From Mobula hypostoma (Eukaryota): 64,000 nt of DNA. This document shows positions 52,556 to 64,000 of the stretch, piece after piece; position 1 is the first letter of the stretch; each line of letters begins with the position of its first letter. The notes below the pieces were generated by a model. It ran no database searches. It was not told where the DNA came from and saw only the letters and a program-made list of their open reading frames with translations. The stretch is from NCBI RefSeq assembly GCF_963921235.1, contig NC_086097.1, forward strand, positions 133,364,001 to 133,428,000, given 5' to 3'. A program made the position numbers and the translations under genes.

Positions 52556-53649
52556 CTACACAGAAAGGGATGCTGTTTGGGGATTTTGTGCAAATTTGGC
52601 AATTTATAGCACAAAAAATGCTTCTAATTGGCTAGTACTAAGAATTTCATACTTAAGCTTGAAGTGCCAAAGTTATAACGCACATTTCAAAATATGTCTT
52701 TGAAACATACGCAGAGATATTGGAAAACTTTTAATTTTTAAAAAGAAGCTATGCCGAAATTATATCATATTACAGCATGACACAGGTGTGAAATTCTATT
52801 CTGCTCTTTAGTGCCCCTGGGCAGACATACCTTGAAAAGGTTCTCCATTTTCTAGACATTTATTTTATACTGATTCTGCACTTCTTTGTTAAGATGGATG
52901 TGCAGTACACTGATGCCTCAAGCTACGGAGAACTTACTAAAACTAAAAAAGCTCAGACAGACAACCATATGAAAACCATTTTGGAAAAGGAAAGCATTTG
53001 ATGTTTTATCGCGTAACTAGCTAGGTAGAATATAAATGTACAACCACCAAAGAAAATGACCAAGAGGGAGACAAAATAACACAACAAAAAAAGTGGTTGT
53101 TGCTCTAATAAAGAGAAATGGCAAAGAATACGGGGGGGGGGGGGGAGAGGATTTCTCAGGACACTAAAGACCTTCCAGCTCTCCTGGGTATGATATTTCA
53201 TGGATCGTATTTCAAAAAGAAAACTGCACCGAATTAACGACGCAGACACACAAATACATACTGGCAAGATTCCCAATCAGGCCAACAGCATAAGTACCAG
53301 TATTAATCTGCTGAGGTATTTCAAACATTCCTATGGATGACCACATCCAACTATTTACTAAAGGTAACTTGACACAAGGTTCCTACCCTGGTCTTCTAAA
53401 TTACGATAGTAAAACAAATCAATAAAACTGATGAAAAAGGCAAGCAAGCATGGCCCTACATTTTCCCCTTAACTCGAAAACATTTAACGCGAAGATTGTA
53501 AAACTTTAAGAGTTTGGATATCTATTTCAGCACTACTTAAATTACACAACCCATGGTTTTTACCAACACAAGCTTTCCAAAGTTTCTGTTATATACAGTA
53601 TAAATCAGTGCTTAGGAAAAAAAATCATAAAGGCATAAAGGCAACAGGC

Positions 53650-53930
53650 TCATCAATCAGCCATCGAGTCCATCCCAAATATCAAGCACCATCGACACTA
53701 ATCTCAATTCATTCTCCCTGTTCACATACCAGTGTACAGGCAATGTACAGTAACCGATCAAACTACCAGCCCACAGAACTTTGAGATGTGAAGGAAACAA
53801 GACCACCCAGAGAAAACTGCTGTGGCACCGGGAGAGAATATACAACTCCAGGCTAACAGGACCTGAAGTTAGTAGAGCCATTATATCATCGGAACTATGG
53901 CATAACAGCTCTACCAGTTGCACCAAGCTC
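53650..53930 (-). mobile_element. Decayed V-domain SINE
   Basis: Reverse-complement similarity to 63555-63880. Confidence 0.5.
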
Positions 53931-54035
53931 CAAGAATGTCCAAGAAGCATTAGTTGGATATCAACGCAAGTTATTAGAAAGTACTTTTGAAATGTGATTC
54001 CTGATCTACTTATATAGTTAATAGTCATAATATAG

Positions 54036-54660
54036 TGTAAGACTCATTGCACTTAGTGGCATGATCTCAGGGGTGGCACCCCCACCCGGCCAAACTTTAG
54101 TACTCTTGTTTGGGTGGATGCTGCGTGTTGTGTCCCGTGTAACATCAGCACCCTGAAATAACATTCAGTCCACAATGTGCGGTTAAATCATTCAGATTTT
54201 ATATTTAAGTATGGGGTTAGTAGAGAAACAAAAGGAAAAGAAAACAAATAAAAGGTGCCAATAATCTCATAAACATGTTCAGTGCACAAACGTTGGAGCT
54301 CACAGATTCCCTTTCCCTTATCCTCCTTCACTCGTCGTCGACCCCTGAGCTCCCACCCCGAGCCCAGGCCCAGCGGGTCTGGCAACCATCTCCTCAAGCC
54401 ACCTCTTCTCTTTTCATCCTCCTCATGCCTTCTCCCCCAAGCCAGTGCAAACTAACAGCTTTCAGACAGACAGAAAGAATAACATCTATCCTAATTGGTT
54501 AGCAAATGAATACAATTCCCGTTATCAGTAATTATAACCCAAACAAGCTGCTACCGTTAACTCAGCAGTTAACATTACAGAGAAGCCATTTTATTATAAC
54601 ATAACAAAGAAGCCATTTTATTAGCCTTAGCAAATAACATGAAAGAAGAAACCCCTTACA
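54036..54660. mobile_element. Probable solo LTR
   Basis: TGTAAG...CTTACA termini; flanks ATAG/GTAG form a near 4-bp TSD; 625 bp; no coding remnants. Confidence 0.5.
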
Positions 54661-54664
54661 GTAG

Positions 54665-57600
54665 CATTGGCAGGTATGACATTGTGGGCATCACTGAGTC
54701 ATAGTTGGGAGCTTAATATCCAAAGATATTCATTGTGTTGTAATGACAGGTAGGTAGACAGATGCCTTGGGGTGACTCTGTTCATAAAAAAAATGAAAGC
54801 AAATCTTCAGAATGAGCTGATTCAGGATCAGAAAATGGAGAATCCTTGTGAGCAGAGCTAAGAAACTGCAAAGGTGAAAAAAACCCTGATGTTAGTTATA
54901 TACAGGCCTCCAAATAGTAGCCAGGATATGGAATACAAATTACAACAGGAGAGAGAAAAGGCGTGTAAAAAGGCTAATGTTACGGTAGCTATAGGAGATT
55001 TCGACAAGCAAGCAGATTGGGAAAATCAGCTTGGTGCTGGATACCAAAGAGGGAATTTGTAAAATACCTACGAAATGACTTTTTAAGAGCAGCTTATGGT
55101 TGATCCCACAAGGGTAAATACAATTCTGAATTGGGTGTTCTGTAATGAACAAGATTTGATTAAGGAGCTTAGGAGGCAGTGATCATAATATGATAGAATT
55201 CACCTTGTCATTCAAGAGGAAAAAGATAAATTCAGACATATCAGTATTACAATGGGGTAAAGGGAAATACAGAGGCATGGGAGAAGAACAGGCCAAAGTT
55301 GATTGGAAGTAGACACCATCAGGGATGATATGAGAACAGTAATGGCTGGAGTTTCTGGGGACAATTTGGAAGTCACAGGATAGATACATCCCAAAGATGA
55401 ATAAATATTCTAAAGGGAGGATGAGGCAACCAAAGGGGATAACTTCACTTATCCTATCATTGAAATGCTCCCACACCAATGGACTCTTCATCTCACGGTC
55501 TTGATATTTATTACTATTATTTCTTCTAATTTTTGTATTTGCACTGTTTGTTGTCTTCTGCACTCTGGTTGAACACTCAAGTTGGATGATCTTTCATTGA
55601 TTTCATTAAGGCCATTATTCTATACATTTATTGAGTACACCCACAAGAAAATGAATCTCAGGGTTGTATATGGTGACATACATGTACTTTGACAATAAAT
55701 TTACTTTGAGCTTTGAATTAAGGAGAAGGTGCTTGGGAAGCTGAAAGGTCTGAAGGTAGATAAGTCTCCTGGACCAGAGGGACTACATACCAGGGTTCAA
55801 AAGAGGCAGCAGAAGAGATTGTGAAGAGATTAGTAATAATTTTTAAAGAATCACTAGATTCCGGAATGGCTCTGGAACACTGGAAAATTGCAAATATCTC
55901 TCCACTATAAGGGAGGGAGGAAGAAGGAAGAAAATTATAGGCCAGTTAGTCTCACATCAGTGGTTGGGAAGACGTTGGTGTCTATTACTAAGGACAAGGT
56001 TTTGGGGTACTTGGAGGCACATGATAAAGAAAGCCAATGTCTGCACTGTTTCCTTAAAGGAAAATGGTGCCCAAGAAATCTGTTGGAGTTCTTTAGAGAA
56101 AACACCAGACAGGATAGACAAAGGAGAGTTCATGGATATTGCTTACTTGGACTTTCAGAAGGCCTTTGACCAGGTGCCACACATCAGGCTGCTTCACATG
56201 ACAACAGTCCATGCCATTACAGGAAAGATACTAGCATGGATAGATAACTAGTTGACTGGCAGGAGGCAAAGAGTGGGAATAAAGGTACCCTATTGTTGTT
56301 GGCTGTCAGTAACTAATGGTGTTCCATCGAGGTCGGGACAGCTTCTGTTCACATTATAGGTCAACGATTTGGATGATGGAATTGATGTCTTTGTGGCCAA
56401 GTTTGCCGACTATACAAAGATATGAGGAGAGGCAGATAGTGTTGGGGAAGCAGGGAGTCTGCAGAAGGACTTGATTGGGAAGATTGGGAGAATGAGCAAA
56501 GAAGTGGCAGATGAAATATAGTAGAGTTTGTTCATGCACTTTGGCAGAGGAATAAAGGTGTAGACAATCTTCAAAACGGGGAGACAATTCAAAAATCAGA
56601 AATGCAAAAGGACTTGAGAGTCCTTGTGCAGGATTCCCTAAAAACTAACTTTCAGGTTGAGTTGGTTGTAAGGAAGGTAGAAGGAAAATTAGCTTTCAAG
56701 AGGACTAGAACATAAGAGCAAGGATGTAATGCTGAGGCTTTATAAGGCATTGGTCAGACCACATTTGGAGTATTATGACCAGTTTTGGGCCTCTTATCTA
56801 AGAGGAGGTGTGCTGGCATTAGACAGGGTCCAGTGAAGGTTCACAAAAATGATTCCCAGAACGAAAGGGTTAGCTTATGAGAAGTAACAGACATCAAAGT
56901 TGCTGGTGAACGCAGCAGGCTAGGCAGCATTTCTAGAAGGAGGTATAGTTGACGTTTCGGGCCAAGACTCTTTGTCAGGACTAACTGAAGGAAGAGCTAG
57001 TAAGAGATTTGAAAGTGGGAAGGGGAGGGGGAGATCCAAAATGATAGGAGAAGACAGGAGGGGGAGGGATGGAGCCAAGAGCTGGACAGGTGATTGGCAA
57101 AAGAGATATGAGAGGATCATGGGACAGGAGGCCAAGGGAGAAGGAAAAGAAGGCGGGAAAAAAAAGAGGATGGGCGAGGGGTATAGTCAGAGGGACAGAG
57201 AGAGAAAAAGGAGAGAGAGAGAGAGAGAAAGAATGTGTTTATATAAATAAATAATGGATGGGGTACAAGGGGGAGGTGGGGCATCAGCAGAATTTAGAGA
57301 AATCAATGTTCATGCCATCAAGCTGGAGGCTACCCAGACGGAATACAAGGTGTTGTTCCTCCAACCTGAGTGTGGCTTCATCTTTACAGTAGAGGAGGCC
57401 GTGGATAGACATATCAGAATGGGAATGGGATGTGGAATTAAAATGTGCGGCTACTGGGAGATCCTGCTTTCTCTGGCGGACAGAGCGTAGGTGTTCAGCA
57501 AAACGATCCCCCAGTCTGCATCGGGTCTCGCCAATATACAGAAGGCCACATCGGGAGCACCAGAGCATCGGGAGCTTATGAGAAGTGTTTGATGGCTCTT

Positions 57601-57850
57601 GGCCTATACTCGCTAGAGTTTAGAAGAATGCGAGGGGGAAATCACAGTGCAATCTATCTAATTTTGAAAGGTCTAAATGAGTGAATATGGAGAGATTGTT
57701 TCATATAGTGGGGACTCTGGGACCTGGGGGCATATCCATTTAGAACAGAGATAAGAAGGAATTTCTTTAGCCATAGGGGTTGTGAATCTGAGGAATTTAA
57801 TGCCACAGAGGGCTGTGGAGCCCAAATCATTAAGAATATTTAAAGCTGAG
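54665..57850 (+). mobile_element. CR1 ORF2 remnant (endonuclease to 3' RT) with nested Rex/Babar and Penelope insertions
   Basis: DIVGITES, VIYRPPNSS, IGDFD, ENYRPVSLTSVVGK, YLDFQKAFDQVPH and LGLYSLEFRRMRG motifs. Confidence 0.8.
56886..57572 (-). mobile_element. 5'-truncated Penelope-like element with GIY-YIG C-terminus
   Basis: ORF 57284-57568 (CSRCGLLYIGETRCRLGDRFAEH...LEEQHL...GMNIDF); 14-bp TSD AGCTTATGAGAAGT (56872-56885, 57573-57586). Confidence 0.9.
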
Positions 57851-60045
57851 GACTCAAACCTGCAGCTACTAAGATCTGGCACAGAGTACTGTTCTCTTCC
57901 ATGGAACATCAAGGGTTACAAAGAATTCAATATATGTACTTTGAGCAATAAAAATTTGCATAGAGCCAAGGTCATACAAACAGTGGAGCAAATAATCTGG
58001 TGATACAATTGCTCCTGGTTAAACTGGAACAGTTCAAGATATATTGACATACCCTGGAGCCTTACTCTACAAAAATCACAGGAATAAAAAAAACAGAAAC
58101 AGTTCTACTTTATGAATAGTCAATTAACTGGTAGCTCTTCCAATGAGCCTGCAAAGACGCAAGGGGTTGAAGTATCTGCTATGTTAATCTATGAATAGCT
58201 TCACTATTCTCTTAGCCACTTCTTTGTGCATAATACTAAAACAAGCCAAGCTCTCAACTTCACATCTGAAAATCAGCCATTTGAGTTGCTTATTGTAAAA
58301 AGGCCAAAACCAGCTTGTGTGGTCCTGTGAAAAATAAAACGAGAATATAACTCATTCAGGACAGGCTTAGATTTTAAGAATTCATCAGAATACTTTGACT
58401 TTTAAATTAACATTTGTTCCAGTTGGAATCTTAAAATTGGCAGTACACACTATTAACCAATTGCAATCAAGCTCCAGAGAGAACAATTCAGTACATTGGT
58501 AGATGCTACCTTCAACAGAATATATATATATTTTTAAAAAGCAGCCAAGTTACACAGCTGATCAAAAATCGAAGGGAAGGAGCTAATAACTTGAATTACG
58601 TAGGTGCACTGATAGCAAATTTGTCAATATTCATTGTCAATACACCATAAATCAAAAAGCAACTTCCATATTCTTGGACATTTGTACTTCAATGCGAAAA
58701 TTGCAAAAGGGGCACAGACAATTCAGCACCCAGTCCACAGGTTGTGCTGCTCTGTAGTCTTCTCCAGTAAGCAAGAAAAATCAGAGAACCAATGGGAAAT
58801 TCAACTGCCAGCAAACAATGCTCTGAAAATACCCTGAAAGTTTTGCATCTTGCTGCAAGAGACAAGAATGTTAAACACCTACCAAGTTGTAATTACCATT
58901 CAGTAAGCCAATAACCTTAAATTTTATGTAGGCAGATTATAATTCCCTTGCAGAAACATTACAAAAGACAATGGATTATAACTTTTTATACAGTATAAAG
59001 CTCAGGGTATTTCAGCTTCTACCTACAATTGAAGACAAAAGAGACTGCAGAGACAAAGAGATACGGGTGAGTCCTAGTACATTTGTCCTTTTATCTCTGA
59101 ACTTGCAGCATTGTTCTCATTAAGGACTAGCCTCAACATGTCATCAAACCTACTCACAATGATGCTGCTATTGGTTGGCAAACTCTCTACTTTCCAGAAA
59201 ATGAATGGCAGTCCTATTGGCTCAATTTTCCTCTCGCCAGTAGCAGAGTATGGATTTTACTACTATGACTTCACTTGTAGATTTTATTTTTACCTTCATG
59301 GAGTAATCATGTGTTGTGTACTACTGTGCACTACACTCTGGTTCAAAGAAACTTTGTCTCGTCTCAATATACATTATATGGTTATATACATGTACATAGT
59401 TAAATGACAATAAACTTCATATTGACTTCACTACTCCTTATTTTGCAACTTTAGCACTGGTTTAGAACATAGAAAACCTACAGCACAATACAGGCCCTTC
59501 GGCCTGTGTTTCTATTTCTTTCTATAACTGTTCTCAGTTTAGTGGTTTTACATTCCTGTTTTACCCTCACTAACCTTAACCTATCAACCAGATAATTTCA
59601 CCTGCAACTTAACTCCACAGCAACTAGCCGCATCCAATCCATTCCTCACCCACTCTCTCTACAACTTAAAACTTACTTGCTTTCTCCCTTTCCCAGTTCT
59701 GATGAAAGATCTCTTTCCCTAGATACTGTACTACATGGCTTGGTGATTATTTCCAGCATTGTTTTTTTATTTCAGATTTCCCACATCAGTATTTTTTTGT
59801 TCTCTTCAACTCCAGTCGCTTTCTTAATGTCAAAGGTGTAAATTGGGGGAACTTGCATGTGCTCCTGCTATGCCCATCTTTTCATAAGGCCCACCTTCAA
59901 TTCTTTCTTCCCTTTCTTGACATCTCTATCCATCTTAAGAGTAAACAAAATGTATTACAAATTCTCAGCTATCTTGATAATGCCTTCTCCCACCCTGTTT
60001 TCTGTTAGGGTTCCATTTTATTCTCCCAGATTCTTTACTATAGTA

Positions 60046-61038
60046 AACAACAGAAATTCTGCAGATGCTGGAAATTCAAGCAACATACATCAAAGTTGCT
60101 GGTGAACGCAGCAGGCCAGGCAGCATCTATAGGAAGAGGCGCAGTCGACGTTTCAGGCCGAGACCCTTCGTCAGGACTAACTGAAGGAAGAGTGAGTAAG
60201 GGATTTGAAAGCTGGAGGGGGAGGGGGAGATGCAAAATGATAGGAGAAGACAGGAGGGGGAGGGATGGAGCCGAGAGCTGGACAGGTGATAGGCAGAAGG
60301 GGATACGAGAGGATCATGGGACAGGAGGTCCGGGAAGAAAGCCGGGGGGGGGGTGACCCAGAGGATGGGCAAGAGGTATATTCAGAGGGACAGAGGGAGA
60401 AAAAGGAGAGTGAGAGAAAGAATGTGTGCATTAAAAAGAGTAACAGATGGGGTACGAGGGGGAGGTGGGGCCTAGCGGAAGTTAGAGAAGTCAATGTTCA
60501 TGCCATCAGGTTGGAGGCTACCCAGATGGAATATAAGGTGTTGTTCCTCCAACCTGAGTGTGGCTTCATCTTTACAGTAGAGGAGGCCGTGGATAGACAT
60601 GTCAGAATGGGAATGGGATGTGGAATTAAAATGTGTGGCCACTGGGAGATCCTGCTTTCTCTGGCGGACAGAGCGTAGATGTTCAGCAAAGCGGTCTCCC
60701 AGTCTGCGTCGGGTCTCACCAATATATAAAAGGCCACATCGGGAGCACCGGACGCAGTATATCACCCCAGTCGACTCACAGGTGAAGTGATGCCTCACCT
60801 GGAAGGACTGTTTGGGGCCCTGAATGGTGGTAAGGGAGGAAGTGTAAGGGCATGTGTAGCACTTGTTCCGCTTACACGGATAAGTGCCAGGAGGGAGATC
60901 AGTGGGGGGGGATGGGGGGGACGAATGGACAAGGGAGTTGTGTAGGGAGCGATCCCTGTGGAATGCAGAGAGAGGCGGGGAGGGAAAGATATGCTTAGTG
61001 GTGGGATCCCGTTGGAGGTGGCGGAAGTTACGGAGAAA
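60046..61038 (-). mobile_element. Young 5'-truncated Penelope-like element (GIY-YIG endonuclease plus pLTR)
   Basis: ORF 60472-60798 (FTCESTGVIYCVRCSRCGLLYIGETRRRLGDRFAEH...GMNIDFSNFR); 13-bp TSD CTTTACTATAGTA (60033-60045, 61039-61051). Confidence 0.93.
60142..60179 (-). ncRNA. Minimal type-I hammerhead ribozyme (predicted, core intact)
   Basis: UAGUC CUGACGA A GGGU-CUCG-GCCU GAAAC GUC/GACUG; predicted cut between 60147 and 60146. Confidence 0.8.
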
Positions 61039-63554
61039 CTTTACTATAGTACGTCTCTTATGGTGAGACTTTTTACAGCAGTGATTTTAAATTGTGGTTT
61101 TCTCTCTACTATACTTGTAAGGACTCTCAAATTCTCTTCTGTTTCCTATAATTCCACTCTGGTCCCTCTCCTCCCAGTCAGGATAAAGATAGGGTTTCCC
61201 TCATCTTCACTTTCCACCCTACCAGCCTCCATGTTCAACAGATTATCTTCCATTTTGTCGACCACCAGTGGACGTGCAATTCATTCCCATGCAATCCTGT
61301 GAGATGCAAGACCTGTCCCTTTAATTTTGTCCCATCCTGCTATCCATTTCCTCCAGGTGAAGCAGCACTTCTTCCAATTTAGTGTATTTGATGCCCCATG
61401 ATGTGATTTTCCTGGCATTAGAGAAATCAAATGCAGATTGGGTGACAGCTTTGCTAAATATCTTGTAGACAAGGATAACTCTGAACTAATGGTTGGCAGC
61501 CACTCTATTTCTCCATCTCACTCTGACTTCTCTGTCCTCTATTTCAATGTTGCTGAAATGTGCTCAAGGAATAGCAGCTCTTTTTCCATTGAGTCGTTAG
61601 TCCATACTAAATTTAGCAAATTCAGTAAACCAGCTTTTTTTTCCTTCAGACATGGATGCACCTTTTATTTTCAATCCGTTTCTTGTTTTCTCCTCTTCCA
61701 ATTGCAATTTTGAAGACAATCTGGCTCCGTACTCTATCACATATTTCCTTTCTCTGCAACTTAACACATGCTTCTTTTCTATACTTCCAGTTCTGATGAA
61801 AGACAGTCGACCTAAAACTAATTGTTTTTTTTAAAACTCACAATCACTCTGATTAGCTTCATTATTGGAATTTTATTGTATAAAGTAATTCCCAGTATAG
61901 AGCTGAGCAGACCATTATCCCATCTCTAAATGTGAGGCAAAGCTTGGTGCACAAGAAATTAGTCAGAACAGGGAAACACATCTTTGTTTTGATTTTCATA
62001 TTTTTTCTCCAATTCCAGAAATTAACTTAAAATTTATTAACATTTTTGCAAATAAAGAGCAATAGAAAACATGATCTTCAAACCGTAATTAAAGCTAGGA
62101 GGAGAGACCAACTATAAATCTTCAATCTGAGCCATTACCAAGTGATTCTTGCTTAAAGGTGCACATATGATCAGAATCAGTGATCCCCAAAATTAATTTG
62201 GTGCAAGATAAATGCCTAAGCCTACCTCTACTACCATACAGCACTGACCTTTGGTAAAAAAATTGTTTTGAGAAGGAAGGCAGTGGTAGAAGAAATAATG
62301 ATCTGCTGTAATAGCTATATTTAAATAAATAATCTTGAAACTATTACACTTTCCCAGAGTTTATAATAAATATTGGTAAAAAATACATGCTTAAGACATC
62401 TTCAGTATCTTTCTGAAGTCTTGTAGTGAGGGTCATAACATATGGCACAGACCCAAAGTTTTCATAGTATTGTTCCCATTCATTGGACTTCCTCCAACAA
62501 GCATTAGTCTTTTCTAGGGATTTGCCCAGGTTCTTTTCAAACTGAAATCTAGTAGCTAAGAAAATCCAGCTGCTTACAATACCTCAGTAACAATCTCAGG
62601 ACTACTATTAGCTTTGTTCGAGCTCATAGGACTAGAGGTTTCAATCCCTTTAATAAGCAGATCCTAACTCGGGTCATAGCACAGAAATCTTGAGGTGGGG
62701 CTCAGTGAGTGGCAGATGCTTCCCAGGATTCGACAGCTGGGTACCCCCCCCCTTAGATGTTTCGTCAATTTAAATCCATTACATCTCCAGAGGGCTCAGC
62801 AGTGTGACCCGGCATATCCCAGGTGCACCCCCTCCACATCTAGCCACCCACAGATCATTTTAGGACCCAGCTGCCATCACTCCTCTTCATCCATCACCAG
62901 TGGCTGCTTTGATTGGCTGCCTCCGAGAGTTTTTTTTATATATAGCTGAGAAACAAACTGAACTCTCCAGGCTAGGATACATCCGGCATAGTAATAGAAA
63001 AGGCATCAATAGCAAATCTGGAAGAACCATATCTCTACCAGCCCCCATAATCACCATCCAATGCAAACCAATATTTTCGAATCATTTCAGATAACAAAGG
63101 CAACACCTACAAAGTTGTTATTGTTGCTTTCAACTATCCATTAAAAGCCATCCTCCTCCATTCACTTGGATCTCAAAGGTTAAAAAGAGCTGCTTGTCAA
63201 AACTCAATGTTTTTACTACATGACTTTGGCTCAGCATTTTCTTCAGCTCTGCACCTTCTATGAAGCACTCTGACACATTTATGATATTCTGTGCACCCTG
63301 CAAGACCTTGGTTTATTTTATTCAGAGGAATTTATTTGTACAATGCAATCTCAAACAGCCCAATTACAACAATAATTTTATGGATACATTAGGGGCATTA
63401 AATCTGGCACTAATATTTTGAGTTCTACATAAAATAAATGACAATTTAAACAGCTTGTATTGAAATAAATACATATATATTTTTAAATCAAAAATATTAG
63501 ACCCGAAGTGATTGGGACTACTTTCTCATCATCTTGTTTAAGTAGGCTGTCTCA

Positions 63555-63880
63555 GAAGCATAGTCACTACCACTGTTGATTCACAGCTCCAGCTCCAGTG
63601 ACCCGGATTCGATCATGTCTTTTGCCGATGATGTGGAATCTGTGTGCTCTACCCGTGACTGTGTGGATTTCTTGGATGCTGCCATTTCCTCCCACACCTT
63701 AAAGACGTGAAGGTTGGTGGATTAATTAGCCACCATAAAATACTTTGGTGTAGGTAAATGGTAGAATTGACAGAAATATAGAGGGGAAAAAAGTTACAAC
63801 AAAACTGCAGTGAACAAGTGGGACTGCTCTGAGAGGAAGCATTGACACAACGGGCCAAATGGTTCCTATGTTATAAGGAA
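63555..63880 (+). mobile_element. tRNA-derived V-domain SINE (HE1-like) with CR1-like tail
   Basis: CACAGCTCCAG..GACCCGGATTCGATC (B-box-like), CCCGTGACTGTGTGGATTTC..TTTCCTCCCACA, and tail GGGCCAAATGGTTCCTATG. Confidence 0.65.
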
Positions 63881-64000
63881 AAACAGTAATTCTATCCCTA
63901 ATCTTTTTCAGTAATATAAAACCCAAACTCCTTCTGTTCTGACTCATTTTATGTCACCTATCTTTGACCCACCATTAGAGGTGCGATATTGACCCCCACT

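Larger units (their letters stand above)
59570..61830 (+). mobile_element. Old decayed Penelope-like element hosting the young copy in opposite orientation
   Basis: RT-like remnant ~59830-59885 (KGV..GTC..YA..F), GIY-YIG remnant ~61350-61520 (CRLGDSFA), and hammerhead relics CAGTTCTGATGA at ~59694 and ~61788. Confidence 0.55.

Noticed and set aside
52825..52860. Possible first ZNF236 coding exon (ATG...TTCAAG|GTATGT on minus)
   Set aside because: The two nearby ATGs give phase 0 or 2, but exon 2 needs phase 1. No CpG island here, so exon 1 is probably beyond the window.
54058..54145. GC-rich structured segment in the solo LTR as another ribozyme
   Set aside because: Hairpins are present, but I could not assign HDV or hammerhead core elements in the right order on either strand.
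1..64000. Prokaryotic systems (CRISPR arrays, operons, defence islands)
   Set aside because: The sequence is spliced vertebrate DNA. No regularly spaced direct repeats were seen, and all RT/endonuclease ORFs belong to eukaryotic TEs.

Overview
Vertebrate genomic DNA. The repeat content (V-domain and Deu-domain SINEs, abundant CR1, Penelope, Rex/Babar) suggests a cartilaginous fish, probably a ray (inference). The only host gene is ZNF236 on the minus strand. Ten internal coding exons (inferred exons 2-11, 37018 down to 712) have GT-AG boundaries and compatible phases, total about 1827 nt and encode 13 C2H2 fingers. The first coding exon and the 3' exons are not in the window. The introns are packed with nested, mostly decayed mobile elements: CR1, RTE, Rex/Babar, Penelope-like, a BEL/Pao LTR element, Tc1, Tigger-like and hAT MITE. 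The most interesting signals are RNA structures inside these elements. (i) A ~575-bp non-coding retroelement with an 8-bp TSD begins with a nearly complete HDV-like ribozyme that has an unusual hairpin in L3; a second, decayed HDV-like ribozyme lies in a different element. (ii) A young Penelope copy carries a minimal type-I hammerhead with an intact core, in sense to the ZNF236 pre-mRNA. (iii) An RTE LINE has a twin-priming-type 5' inversion. (iv) A pair of palindromic MITEs brackets a 630-nt phase-symmetric exon block that would form a stop-free circular ORF if back-spliced. All folds were derived by eye, and family names come from motif recognition, not database searches.
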